Shown in pieces: positions 52,401 through 64,000 of a stretch of DNA of 64,000 bases (positions are counted from its first letter, which is position 1; the number at the start of each line of letters is the position of its first letter). The notes under the pieces were generated by a model, which worked only from the letters and a program-made list of their open reading frames with translations, was not told the DNA's origin and ran no database searches. The translations under genes and the position numbers were made by a program. Source of the DNA: Prorocentrum cordatum (taxonomy: Eukaryota); NCBI GenBank assembly GCA_963575745.1, contig CAUYUJ010000249.1, positions 1 through 64,000 of the forward strand. The letters run 5' to 3'.

Positions 52401-52793
52401 CAGAATTCCGAGCGGACCTCCAACAATGAACGATTACGTGGTTTTTTGTTCCTCGAATACCGTTCTTCGTTCCCTAAGTTCAGTGCCGAAGGAACCCCGA
52501 GGAACCTTGGGGTCAGCCGCGAAGGCGGACGCCAGCGCTGTCGACCAGCCGAGTACCAGTCGAGCGCGCCCAGTGCAGACAATTTGCACGACCTCATTTC
52601 AGGGTCTCCCTTCCCGCGACGTCGCGATTGTTTCTCAACGTCGGCAGCCCAGAGGTTTAGACCATTTCCCCACGACCAGCTTCTCGTCCTAGGTCATCTT
52701 CTGATGGTCCCGGGGCCTGGCGAGGGCCCCCCGAGGCCGAAATTTGCGAAAAGCCGCCCGCCCCTGTTCTTTTCACGGCGCGAGGGGTATGGT

Positions 52794-52981
52794 GACGAAC
52801 GAACCACGCACACCCATACCCATAGGAATGTCGGAAAGAGGAGGACTGGCTATGGGTATGGGTGCGGGTTGTCGGACCCTGGGGGAGGCTCCCGTTCGAA
52901 CGGGGACCCCCGTTCCGACAACACGCACCCATGGCCCCCTCCGCCCCCCCTATGGGTATGGGTGCGTGTGATTCGTTCGCC
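52794..52981. mobile_element. ~190-bp nested fold-back element
   Basis: Outer pair CGAACGAACCACGCACACCCATACCCATAGG / CCTATGGGTATGGGTGCGTGTGATTCGTTCG. Inner pair ATGGGTGCGGGTTGTCGGA / TCCGACAACACGCACCCAT. Confidence 0.75.
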
Positions 52982-53175
52982 GTATGGCCTGGCCCCGCAC
53001 GGTGGAACGACGCGGAAGCGCCGATGGGGCACGGTGGCGGCACAGGGCCCGACGGAGGTCCGCTGGGAACGATCGGGGCCGCGAGCGGTCCGAGGCGGAG
53101 CGGTCGAGGCGGCGACTCTGCGCGCGCCGACGCCGCGCGAGCCCACCGTGTGGGCCCCCGCGATGCCCCCCCCAG

Positions 53176-53292
53176 GCCCCGCCGCCGAAGGCGCCGCCCG
53201 CACAGCGGCGGGCGCAGGCGCAGCAGCTGCCGCCGTGGCGGCGGGTGCAGCAGCAGCAGCAGCCCGCACCGCCGCCGAGCAAGGCCGGCAAG
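53176..53292 (+). CDS. Candidate exon (APPPKAPPAQRRAQAQQLPPWRRVQQQQQPAPPPSKAGK)
   Basis: CCCCAG acceptor, GC3-rich, AAG|GC possible donor. Its link to the upstream exons is not established. Confidence 0.35.
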
Positions 53293-53737
53293 GCGTCGAT
53301 GTCCAAGGCGGCCCCGCGATGCCCAGACAAGGTCGCGTCGTACAGAAATCACGGCGTGAGGCTTTTGGCCGTTCTCGGCCTCTGGAGGCCCTCGCCTGGC
53401 CTCGGGACCGTCGAAAAACGACTCAGGATGAAACACCGGTCCTGGGGAAAGGGTCGAGACTTCTGGGGACCGCGCGCTGAAGAAATCAGCGACGTTGCAT
53501 CTCTGGGTGGTCGACTACACGTAAGAGTGACCCTTCGCCGGAGTGGCCTTTGGCGCGGGCACCGATGGGTCCCCGGATGGCTGAATGCGAAGCGGTAGCA
53601 GCGGCTTGCGCGCCCAGGTGAAGCTCCCCCCCCCCCGCGGCCCCCAAGAAGCCGCGCACCAAAGGTCACTCTTATGCAGGGCCACTCTTGCGTGTAGCCG
53701 AGAAGGTCCTGGACGAGCATCGAAGAAGAAACATCTG

Positions 53738-53903
53738 CATACGCATAGAAACTTTTGGCGCTCCGCGCTGATTTCTCGGATCCGGGCTTTGGTCCCCCCG
53801 GCGGCGCTTTTGGCGCCGCCCCTGGCGCGCGGAGCGCGCCAAGGAGGGGTTTCTAGCCCAGATCCAAGAAGCCCGCGCGGAGCGCCATAAGCTGATGTTT
53901 ACG
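53738..53903. mobile_element. T-shaped palindromic element (family T), variant
   Basis: Same outer stem. Arm order is C-B but the B loop reads GGA. Confidence 0.75.
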
Positions 53904-54179
53904 CCGATGTTTTCGGCAGGAGGAGCAGGAGGAGCAGGTCGGCAGTTTCCCGGGTCGGAAAATACAAAACAGAACTCGGGGGCGGAAAAGAGGGGGGTGA
54001 TGACTAGGGGGGGGGATATCATGGCGGAGGCCACGATATTTCCCCTGATTTTATGGCGCCTCTGCTTAAATCATTACGTCCCTGGCCCCCCCCGCTGGGC
54101 CGCGCATATGCCGCCGGTCATGATTTGCACCCCCCCCTCTTGGACACCCCCCGCTTAGCCGCCCCCGAAGAACAGAAAA

Positions 54180-54385
54180 TAAACCAAAACAAATATAAGG
54201 TGGAGCAGGAGGAGAGGGACGAACGGCAGGAGGGCGCACCCGGAGGAGGAGGACGCGGCGGACGGCGCAGGGGGCGGCGCACAGCGCGCGGGGGAGAGAA
54301 GGGGGGGGAGGCAGGGGCGCCGAGGATTGTCTGCGAGGGCGGGGCAGACAGGAGGGAGACGGAGGCGGGGCGAAGGGAGGCAGAT
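54180..54385 (+). repeat. Dispersed duplicate of ~57165-57362
   Basis: Shared AGGTGGAGCAGGAGGAGAGGGAC...GTCTGCGAGGGCGGGGCAGACAGGAGGGAGACGGAGGCGGGGCGAAGGGA. Confidence 0.85.
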
Positions 54386-56185
54386 GAGGAGTCCGCCGGG
54401 GGCGGCCAAGACTGATCGGGTGTTGCTAGAAGTACCCGTGGCCCAAGGTACCCCCAGGATTCTCGGGGTGGCCCAGGGGGCCTCCAGGGCACCCCTCACG
54501 AGGCCCACAGGGCACCAGGGGCTCCAAAACGGAGCGAAAAGCTGGGGGCACCTTGGGCCAGGGGCACTTCTAGCAACACCCGAACTGAGAGCACCGCCCA
54601 GCATTGTAGCCTGAAGTCGGGCGTGTCCCTCTACAGGGGGAGCAATCAAGAGCAGCAGACGAATCGTCCGGGGACGATGTCTTTGGTGTGTTTGCGCATT
54701 TGCGGTCTATATGTTTTGGATTATTGTTTCTTCGTCCCAAATCGCAAGCCAACCTAATTGCCCGCCCGACCCAGTTGTGATCCAGTGCGGCCCGAAAGCC
54801 GCCGAGAGAGGGCTCGAAGAGGGCCCCAGGCTGGGCCTCGAGGCGGCCCCGGGAGGGCCGCCGGAGGACCAGCCCACGCGCGAGCACCTTTCGCGCTGGC
54901 CCCGCCCACGTCCGAGCCTGCGTTGGCAACCCTTGGTGTCGCTCGGACGTGTGCACTTTTTTCTCGGCGAGGGTTAATAATCGCTTCGCTCATTCCGCCG
55001 GCCCTGGAGCCCTCTTTAGGGCCTCTTGGGGGCCTCGTGGGGACCCCTTGGGAGTCTCTTGGGGCTCCTTGGCGGCGTCTTGGGGGCCCCCAGGGCCTCT
55101 TGGGGGGCTTTTGGGGGCCTCTTGGGGCAGGAGTGGGGGTAGTCGATTGCAGCTCCCCCCTCGGCGAGGATTACTGAGGAGCATCCTGGATCATCCTGCG
55201 AAAAGACCGCGCACGAAACCGAAAAGAGCACGGGGAATGGACGTCCGAGCGATGGCCAGAACAGGGCCGGGATTTTGCGGCGGTTTGGGAGGCGCTCTTG
55301 GGCTCCCGTTGGGCCCAGAATCGCAGGTGGCGGCCGAGAGAGGGGGCCGATGAGGGGGGAGAGGTCGCCGTGAGGGAGACGAGACCTGAGGGAGAAGGGT
55401 CCCTGAGGTTGTTGTTGTTGTTGTTGAATATTATTACTTCTAAAGAATAATTATTGTTGGGCCCCCTGGTGCACGCCCCCCCCGCCGCGCCTAGGCCGCA
55501 GCCACATTTTCATCATTTTCGTGAGGAAGCCTCAGGTAAAACGATGTGATCCAGATCCGGTTGTTTTGTTGTAATCCGCTTTCCCTTGCAAAAAACACTA
55601 TAACATGAAATTTCTTGTTCTAACATATCCAAACTTCAAGAATCCCTTGCAAAAAATAAGGTAAAGTGGACATTCGCGCGCGCAAGACGAAATCCTTCCA
55701 AAACCTTAGTTTTCGTAGCGATTTTAACATAAAAACATCAAAAAACCAATGGTTTTTCAAAAAAAAAATGTCAAAATTTCATCCCGCGCGCTCTTGCGGA
55801 TTCGTAGGAAACCCAACACTTTTTAAACATTTCTGTCAAACGGGCTTTTGCGAGCAACTTTTTCGAACTTCTGCAACAACGGTTGCGCACCTGCCAGGGC
55901 CATCATCCCTGTCAAATAATACCATGCGGGACACATTCGTTTTTTCTTCGCGCGCGCACGCCGTCGTCGTCGGCCGCGGGGCCCTGAATAGTAGCCACGG
56001 TCGTCCGCATGCCACGAAGTGAAGTGTCCGAACGTCATAGGGCGGGAAGCTGGGTGTGGGTGGTGGCGAAGAGTCGTTTGGAAATTTGGTAGAGCTTGAA
56101 CCGGCCCCCCCACAAAGTGGGGGTATTGCCCGCCTCCTATGAAAACCTGGCACTGGTGAGAACGGAGTGTCCCCACGTGCTAGTA

Positions 56186-56229
<44 letters not shown>

Positions 56230-56273
56230 GGTTGTGGTTGTGGTTGTGGTTGTGGTTGTGGTTGTGGTTGTGG

Positions 56274-56308
<35 letters not shown>

Positions 56309-56342
56309 GGTGTTGTTGTTGTTGTTGTTGTTGTTGTTTTCG

Positions 56343-56380
<38 letters not shown>
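56186..56380. repeat. (TTG)n/(TTGTGG)n microsatellite
   Basis: Direct reading. Confidence 0.95.
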
Positions 56381-56428
56381 CGCTGTTTTCGGGCTCCTCG
56401 GGGCCCTCCACAGGGAAACGAAAAGTGA

Positions 56429-56591
56429 CGTAAACAGAAAAACTCTGAGGTCCGCGCGGATTTCTTGGATCCGCGCTGGACCCCCCTCCCTGGCGCGCGG
56501 AGCGCGCCAGGGGCGGCGCCGGAGGCGCCGCCAGGGGGCCCCAGCGCCGATCCGAGAAATCCGCGCGGACCTTCGAGTTTCTATGTTTACG
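56429..56591 (+). mobile_element. T-shaped palindromic element (family T), best-preserved copy
   Basis: ~58-bp imperfect outer stem. Perfect arms at 56489-56511 and 56512-56532, each with a C-GGA-G triloop. Partial copies at ~24270-24310, 26260-26298, 52335-52395 and 62208-62306. Confidence 0.88.
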
Positions 56592-58309
56592 CATACATAA
56601 ACATAAAATGTTTCGTCCCCCTACTCCAGGGCCCCCCCCCGGAGCCGTCCGAAAGCGACTCGGGAGGAGAAGGATCTGACCGGGGGGAGGCCGCAGGGTC
56701 CAGGCCCCGTCTCCCTCGGGACCTCCCGCTGAGTTGGCCCAGGCTGCCCAGATGCAGAGCGTGAATTGCCTGCCCCGCTTTCGCTTCCAGGCAAAGCCAA
56801 GCCATACCACGCGCCTCCTCGTCGAGCGGCCTGACCAGTACAGGCCGTAGTTTGGCATCGTGTGGTGTCTCTTTTTGGAAGCGAGGGTGGTCAAAAGCGA
56901 GGTAGGTTTGTCTGCCCCCCACAGGCGACGCAACAAAAACGGGTCTGACTGCGCCGACCTTCGCGCGTAGGCTCCTCGCGTGGGGTCGTTCTCGTGAGCG
57001 CCCTCGTCTCCCGGCGCGGCGTGCCGCGCTGGCTGCCCCCCGTGTTCTGCCGCGCGGTGTAAGCTGCGGCGCGTCGCGCGCAGGGCCCGTTTGCGATCGT
57101 CGCTCAGGTGGGGTCCGAGCATGTGGAGAGTCAGGAGGGGAAAAACCAAACAGAACAGGCAGCAAACAAAACAAAACATGAGGTGGAGCAGGAGGAGAGG
57201 GACAGACGGCAGGAGAAAGCGCACTCGGAGGAGGAGGAAGCGGCGGACGGCGCAGGGGGCGGCGCACAGCGCGCGGGGGGGGGGGGGGAGGCAGGGGCGC
57301 CGAGGATGGTCTGCGAGGGCGGGGCAGACAGGAGGGAGACGGAGGCGGGGCGAAGGGATGATCAGGAGGGGAAAAAACTCACTTTTTGATTCGCGGGTCG
57401 AGAGCGCACCTCTTCCGGTCGAAGCTAAGCGGGCCGCGCGAAGCTTGAATTAACAAAGAGGGGAAACAACACACGGACACAATTGATCGTCGATTCCCCC
57501 GAAAATAGGGGAAAGTATGGGAAGTTTACTTGTGTGTATTTGTTTGTGTGCCCTGGGGCCCCTTCAGAGAGGATCGCGCCGCATCGCCGCTGCATCGGCG
57601 ATGCGGCTCGATGCGGAGCCTGGTTTTCTCCTCGCCGACGTCGCCGATGCATCGCCACGTCGCCGATGCATCTCCGACGCATCGGTGATGCATCGGCGAT
57701 GCGGCGCGATCCTCCGACCCATCCACTCTGGTCCCATCTGGGAGGCCTCTAGGTACGGCGGTGGGTTGGCTGCGCGCACAAAGCAGGGGCGGGGCGGCCT
57801 TCTGAGAAGGCAGGCCTTCAGATCGGGGCATCGCCCTGTCGCACCGAGAAGTCTTCTAGTGTACGCTCCTTTTCGGGCGCTTTCTGGCCGTACCTCTCGG
57901 GAAACGATTTACCATTTACCACAAGATGGTTATACGATGTTCTCGGATCGGACGCATAAGAGGGGTAGGAGGAGGAGGAGGACTTTTCAAGGTTAACCCT
58001 TGCGTCCTTCCCCTTCGGCGCACCCTTGGCCGCTTCCGCTGGCCGCGCCCCGCTCGCAAAGCGTCGACGTGGCCGTCCGAGGCCCCTGCATCCTCATCGT
58101 GCGCCTTTCTGCTGCGGGCCGACTGCACGCGGGAGGGAGGGAGGGGCTCGCGGAGGAGGGGGCGGCCTGCCATGTCGAGGAGGACCCGGGGGGAAGAGAG
58201 GAGGCGCCGAGGAGCGAGGGGGGCGGCCTGCTGTGTGCCCCCCCCTTCTTGGCATCGCTCGGGCGTGCAGTTGTTCCTTCGGCGAGGGCCATCGATGAGC
58301 ATCCTTGAT

Positions 58310-58495
58310 CTTAGTTGCCTCGATACGCCTGTTCTGATACGCAATACGTCCCGTGTTCAAGACGTCCGTGTCAATACGTTGCGTGTTGGCTCCACGTTTT
58401 GCGAACGTATCGCGTCGGACCTACGTTTTCAGTCCACGTGTTGAGCTCCGTATCAATACGCTACATGTCGCGTGTTGCGTATCGGGGCAGCTAAG
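58310..58495. mobile_element. 186-bp MITE with 19-bp TIRs and 8-bp TSD (hAT-like)
   Basis: CTTAGTTGCCTCGATACGC / GCGTATCGGGGCAGCTAAG. TCCTTGAT is duplicated at 58302-58309 and 58496-58503. Paralogous empty site at 55184-55191. Confidence 0.9.
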
Positions 58496-58600
58496 TCCTT
58501 GATCATTTGGCGAAAAAGCCACGCGCGAAACCGAACAAACAAAGCACAGGGCATGGACGTCCGAGCGATGTGGCGAGCCTCGCCTCTGCAGCCTCCACAG

Positions 58601-58710
58601 GCGGCCGGCGTGAGGGCCACGAGGATGGGCGCCATCGCCAAGTCCCAGGGCGGGCCGGGGAAGAGGCCCGGCAAGTCCTCGGCACCGGTGCCCAGGGGCA
58701 ACGCTGGCTG
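58601..58710 (+). CDS. Candidate exon (AAGVRATRMGAIAKSQGGPGKRPGKSSAPVPRGNAG)
   Basis: CCACAG acceptor and GC3-rich codons. The 3' boundary is unclear. Confidence 0.25.
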
Positions 58711-61171
58711 GGGGGGGGGGGGGCTGGCGCAGGCGGGGGCTCGGATGCAACTCCTGGGAGGTCAAAAATTCTGTTTGCGCCCTGGTCCGAAATCTGGCTT
58801 CATCCCGCTGATTATTTCGCTGAATCCGGCTCAATCCCGTTTATAATCCCGCTTGATGATCCGAGGCCCCTTCTGGCGTAACAGTCCCCCAATGGGGCGT
58901 AATCCTCCTTATCGGAAACTGGAGCGTATACATTACCAGTGGTGGGCTGTTTTTCAATCCCAGGAATTTTTGAGGGCCGGGGACGACGTCGGGGCGGTGT
59001 GGTGTATAGTTTTTGATCCGCTCCCTGGGAAAACAATGAAAAATGTATACACCAGGGCCCCGTATACACCAGAATCCGCGTTCCTGTGCGACCTTCAGCG
59101 CAGGGTCGGGAAAAGCGTCGGTGTATAGAGTTCGTTTCCCTGCCTTAGTCCTTCCGGCGAAAGCCTCCCAGCAGTTGCCTCCTAAACGGGGGGCGTTCCG
59201 GCTTCCAATCGCTCATGAGGAGGCCCGGCGGCCCCCTCCCTGCCCGGGGCTGCTGGTGGCGTCGCCGTCGTGGGCCCATCGCCGGTAACTGGAAGGCGTT
59301 CCAGCAATTCGGGAGCCTTGAGACGGGGGTCAATTCGGAAGTCTTGAGCCTTGAGTGTTCCTCAGGTCAGCGCCCCCACTGCACTCGGACCCCATCCAGG
59401 AGGCCTCCAGCCACAGCTCGGGGGCAACGTCGGGCCCTGCTTTTTCACATGCGCGACCGCGCCCGCCACGCCACGACGCGCGCCGGCGCCGTCTGGGAGC
59501 TGGCCAGTCGTGGGCATGCCCAGACGGCGCCGGCGCGAGTCGTGGCGTGACCCGTCGGGAGCCTTGAGACGGGGGTCAATGCAGACGGGGGTCAGCCAGA
59601 GCGCCCGATCTTGCAGGATCCTGCAGCGCCAGGGTCGCATTGACCCGGGCTTGGGCGCAGGATCCTGCAGGATCTTGCAGGATCCTTCGCATTGACCCGG
59701 GTTTGGGTGCAGGATCTTGCTGGATCCTACATTACCAGTGGCGGGCGGTTTTTCAATCCCAGGGCTTTTTTGAGGGTTGGGAACGACGTCGGGGTTGTGT
59801 GGTGTATACATTTTTCCCCGCTTTCCTATGGAAAGAGCAAAGGATGTACACACCACGATGCCGTATACACCAGAATCCGTTTTCTTGTGCGAATCTCAGT
59901 GCGGGACCTAAAAAAGTATCGGTGTATCAAGTGCGGTTCTTGCATCGCCGGTAGGGGAGAATGGCCTTGCCCTCGAGGGCCGAGGGAGTCGTCATCCCTT
60001 CCGCCGGAGGGGCGGCGGAAGGTCGGCGGAAGCAGCATTAAGTTGGGTGTGTCCCCGTACAGGGGGATTCCCGAGGACAAATATAAAAGACGGAAAAATA
60101 TTCCAAAGTTGTCAAGCACACACTAAAAGATAGTCCCCTAATTGTTTTTTAAAACTATTTTTCAATATTCGCCCAGTAGAGGCCCGACTTAAAAGTAGCA
60201 CGAGGCCGGGCGGCGGAAGATCGTGGAAGCAAGAAATGCGCCCCCAAGAGATGAGAAAACAGAGGAGATGAAATGCGCCCCCAAAACGTGCTTGTTAATC
60301 GACCACGCAGTCGGGGCGCTGGAGAAGGGACCCTTTTCGTTGGGGAGGGGCTCGGTGTTCCTCAAGTGTTTCGCAGTTCGCCTAGGGTTTTCCTCAACTT
60401 TTCGATGGGAGGTCGAAGTTTAACTTATGGAGAAAGGGGCCTCGTTCCTTATTCAGGGTTCCTTAGGCCAACGCCTCGACTGTATATCGGCGATGCGTCG
60501 CCGCTTCCAGGTCCATGTTCCCGCCCCCCGCGTGTGCCAGTCCCGCCCCCCCCCCGAATCGGAGGCTTGGAGGCTGGCACCAGCAGCGACATCGGCGGCA
60601 ACTATGCCTCCACCGAGGGAAGACGATCCCGATTTCGGTGATGGTGGTCATATCCCGTCGCGCATGTCCCTCTACAGGCGGAAAATTCAAACACAGCCAG
60701 AAAGTTAGTCCTGGGACGATTTGTTTGTTTATTGTTTGACTGTGTTTAAGTCTGTTTTTATTGTTTCAAGTTTTTGTCAGGAAATCCGCGTGTAGGAGGA
60801 CATTCAGGAGGGAAAACAACACACAGACACCATTAATCGTCGATTCCCCAGAAAATATTGGAAAAGATAGGAAGTGGTGGGGAAGACAGAAACCCAGAAA
60901 ATATGGGAAAATATCGGGAATCCTTTTATCTGTGTGTATTCATTTGTGTGTCCCAGGGCCTCTTTAGACATGCTCGACCGAATGGTAATGCTAGTGCTTC
61001 CCGGGTGGCCGAAAGGTACCCAAACCCCGGAACCTAGGAGCGTCCTCCCACCGTGGACGCACCCCTCCCGGTTTTGGTGTCGGTGCCCATCTTCACGCCT
61101 CCGTTCTGGCCAGCCGTCGTCGTCGTTTTTGTCGTCGTCGTCCTCGTCGTCATCGTCGTCGTCGTTTTTGT

Positions 61172-61205
<34 letters not shown>

Positions 61206-62899
61206 CTCGTCGTCGTCGTCTTTTTTATCGTCTTTGTCGTCGTCGTTGTCTTTGTCGTCGTCGCCGTCGCCGTCGCCGTCGCCATGGCCATCCTCCCCCC
61301 CTCCTCGATTCTCCTCCGCCCCTCCTCCTGCGCCCTCTCCTCCTCCGCCCCCTCCTCCTCCGCCCACTCCTCCTCCTCCTGCCCCTCCTCCTCCTGCCTC
61401 TCCCCTCAGGTGCCCGCGGGCTCGATCCCCACAAAGGCGGGGATGCTGCCCACGAAGGCGGCCTCCGATCGCCAGGGGGCAAAAAAGCGGCCTCCCTGCG
61501 GGGGACGGTGCCGGAGATGCTCCGTTCCCGTGCTCTGGGTATCTTTTCTTGGAAGCGTGAAAGCTCGAGTACGGTAGGTTCGCGTCGTGTCGACCAGCGG
61601 CGACCCCAGTGCGGGTGTTCAAGTTTGAACGCCGCTGGCGACCCAAAATAGGTCGATGTTGAACGATCGGGCGTTTGGTCAACTACCGATCGTTCAAGTT
61701 TGAACGGTCCCCGCGGTGTCAGGGACCAACGCCAGAACTCGGGTTTGCCGACCTTTTTGACGAGCGCGTCCTGGATTTGACGGTCCGGTGTTCGTGGGAT
61801 ATTTGCAGCGGGAGCTCGCGTCAAATTTCGGATTGGGTCTCGTCATTTTCACGATGGCCCCGTCAGGCCGACCCGAGTTCCCCGTACTCGTGTCTTACGT
61901 CTCCCCGATCGAAGAAGAAAAACATGAACATACAGTGGAGGCCAGTCCACAAGAAACCTTCCGAAAGAAGCCCAACCCTGAGATCCCAGGACGTCCATGG
62001 ATAATTTTGGTGCGGGAATATTGCGCTTGCCGTGGCAAAGCTATTGGAAACCATGACGCCCTTGGGGCTTCCTGGAGGCAAGCAGGGTGTTTCTTGGCAT
62101 TGGTCTCAACTGTCAGCTTTTGAGCGACGCAGAGAAACGAGGTCGATTGCGCCGACATTCGCGCGTAACTCTCGCGTAAGGTCGCGCGAAACCGAAGACA
62201 AAAAATCGGCATGAACATAAGCTTTAGGCGCTCCGCCTGCCAGGGAGGGGGGCCCAGCGCAGATCGAAGAAATCCGCGCGGAGCGCCACAAGTTTATGTG
62301 TATGCCTTTTTGTTGTTCTTCTACTCCCAGGCCCCCAGGCCCCTGGGACATTCAAAAGCGACCGATTCAGGGTGACAAATTGGTCCTTGGAGAATGCATT
62401 GGCCTCCCGAACCAGTTCCTTCAGGACTCGTTTTCTTCAAGCCAGCTTCGCTCATGTTAGGGAGGTTAAGGTGGGTGTGAAATGGCAGTGGTCGAACGCC
62501 GACAGCTGTTCATGCCAAATTTCAAAAGGGCTCGCTGTCGGCGTCGCCGCGGACGTCGTGCGTTTGAGAGAAAGCGTCGTCTGTGCAACAGTGGACGCTG
62601 TAGATTTTACGCCACATGTGTCGGTGGACATCTTGCCAATCTGGTCCGTCCACATTTCTGGCATGCCTCCTCTTTTGTTTCTTATTCTTGCTCTGCCCTC
62701 GATCCCCTTTCCTGCTGCTGCTCCTCAACCACATGCCCCCGAAGGTAAAGCATCCCCCTCTTCCCACCGACATCATGGTTCTCTCCAGCCGAGACAGTTT
62801 TGGCCGGGGCTGTGGAGCGACGGGTCTAAACGTCATCTTCACCGGGGGGGGTACCAATCGTACATTGAATTATTCTTACCATTACTGGCAGCATTATCA

Positions 62900-62930
62900 C
62901 CAGCATCATCATAATGATTACCATCATCAG

Positions 62931-62974
<44 letters not shown>
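62900..62974. repeat. (CAT)n microsatellite
   Basis: Direct reading. Confidence 0.95.
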
Positions 62975-63637
62975 GTATCTTCCAAAGGACCATTCTGGCA
63001 AACCCCTCACACGGTTCGTGACCCCGTAGGGAGCTCCACGGGAGGTTCCAGTGGCGGTGCCCGCATGTGTCCGCTGCTCCCACCCCTCCATACATCCGTA
63101 CACTCCGTACACTCCGAAACATGTCTCGACCTCTCTGCATTCCTACACTTCGAAACATGCGTTAACAGTCGGAACATCCGCACACTCCGAAGAACTCCGT
63201 TCACTACTCCTCCTCCTTCATGCTGCGACCTGCCGGGAAAAAATACAAGTGTATGATCCTCCAGAGCCCGAACTTCATTATCCCCAGCTTGTGATCTTCG
63301 GGGGCATAGGGCTACCGTTCTCCAACTCCTCACCCCCGCATCTTCATCACTTCCGGAGTCGGGCAGGCGCTGCAGAACTTGACCCCTCCCGCCCTGCCCC
63401 CCCCCAGCCGGTCCCCATCCTCTCACTCCTTTCTTTCTTCCGTTCTCACGTTCTTCCTGATTCCCCTCTTTCCGCAGATAGCTTGGCTCACATTTTTTTC
63501 CGGGGTGGGTCGGACTTCATATGTGAGCCCGTCATGTGTGGATGTGTCCTCCAATGCGAGCACCGCCATCATCGCATCATCGCAAGCAATGTGTGCGTAG
63601 CCCGTTCTTGTTTTAGATCACGACTGTGAAAAAAGAG

Positions 63638-63712
63638 TATGTGTGTGTGTTATGATGTTTGTATTTGTGTCTGTGTCTGTGTATGCTTGTATGTGTGTGT
63701 GTGTGCGTGTTG

Positions 63713-63749
<37 letters not shown>

Positions 63750-63905
63750 GCGCGCGTGCGTGCGTGCGTGTGTTCACGCGTGTTAGTGTCTGTGTATGTC
63801 TGTGTGTGTCTGTGTGTGTGTGTCCGTGTGTGTGTGTGTGTGTCTGTGTGTGTCTGTGTGTGTGGTGTATATGGTGTGTGTGTGTGCCCGTGTTCCAATG
63901 TGTGT
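63638..63905. repeat. (TG)n/(TGCG)n microsatellite
   Basis: Direct reading. Confidence 0.95.
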
Positions 63906-64000
63906 TTTTTCCTCTGCCTTTGTATTGTCACCGTTCTTCATTTCGGGCCTCCCTCTTCGGCTGGCTCTTCCTTCCCTCTTCGTGTGTTTCCTTGCCCATG

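Noticed and set aside
56429..56591. tRNA or tRNA-derived SINE
   Set aside because: No D or T-loop consensus or A/B boxes, and the stems are far too long and GC-perfect.
62400..62670. Possible LTR-retrotransposon coding fragment on the minus strand (GPDWQDVHRH)
   Set aside because: A single short motif with nearby stops. Insufficient support.

Overview
Repeat-saturated, GC-rich eukaryotic DNA, almost certainly dinoflagellate. A 21/22 match to the dinoflagellate spliced leader (DinoSL) sits at 7181-7202, and the GC richness and repeat style suggest Prorocentrum, which I cannot confirm. Nearly all ORFs in the supplied track are artefacts of microsatellites and GC-rich repeats. Supported content: (1) a decayed, apparently full-length APE-type LINE (~7181-12900, +) that begins with a relict spliced leader; (2) a second LINE 3' fragment with an internally triplicated RNase H (~26300-28105), plus weaker LINE fragments; (3) a decayed multi-CxxC zinc-finger coding fragment (~48235-49440); (4) phase-compatible 30-90 nt micro-exons of a + strand host gene across multi-kb introns; (5) many short fold-back/MITE families, including a T-shaped palindrome with two C(GGA)G triloop arms and a MITE with an 8-bp TSD whose empty site is also in the window; (6) several minisatellites, a 3.5 kb (ACT)n field and a 100-N gap. 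No rRNA, tRNA or CRISPR array was recognised. All calls are from reading by eye; no searches were run.
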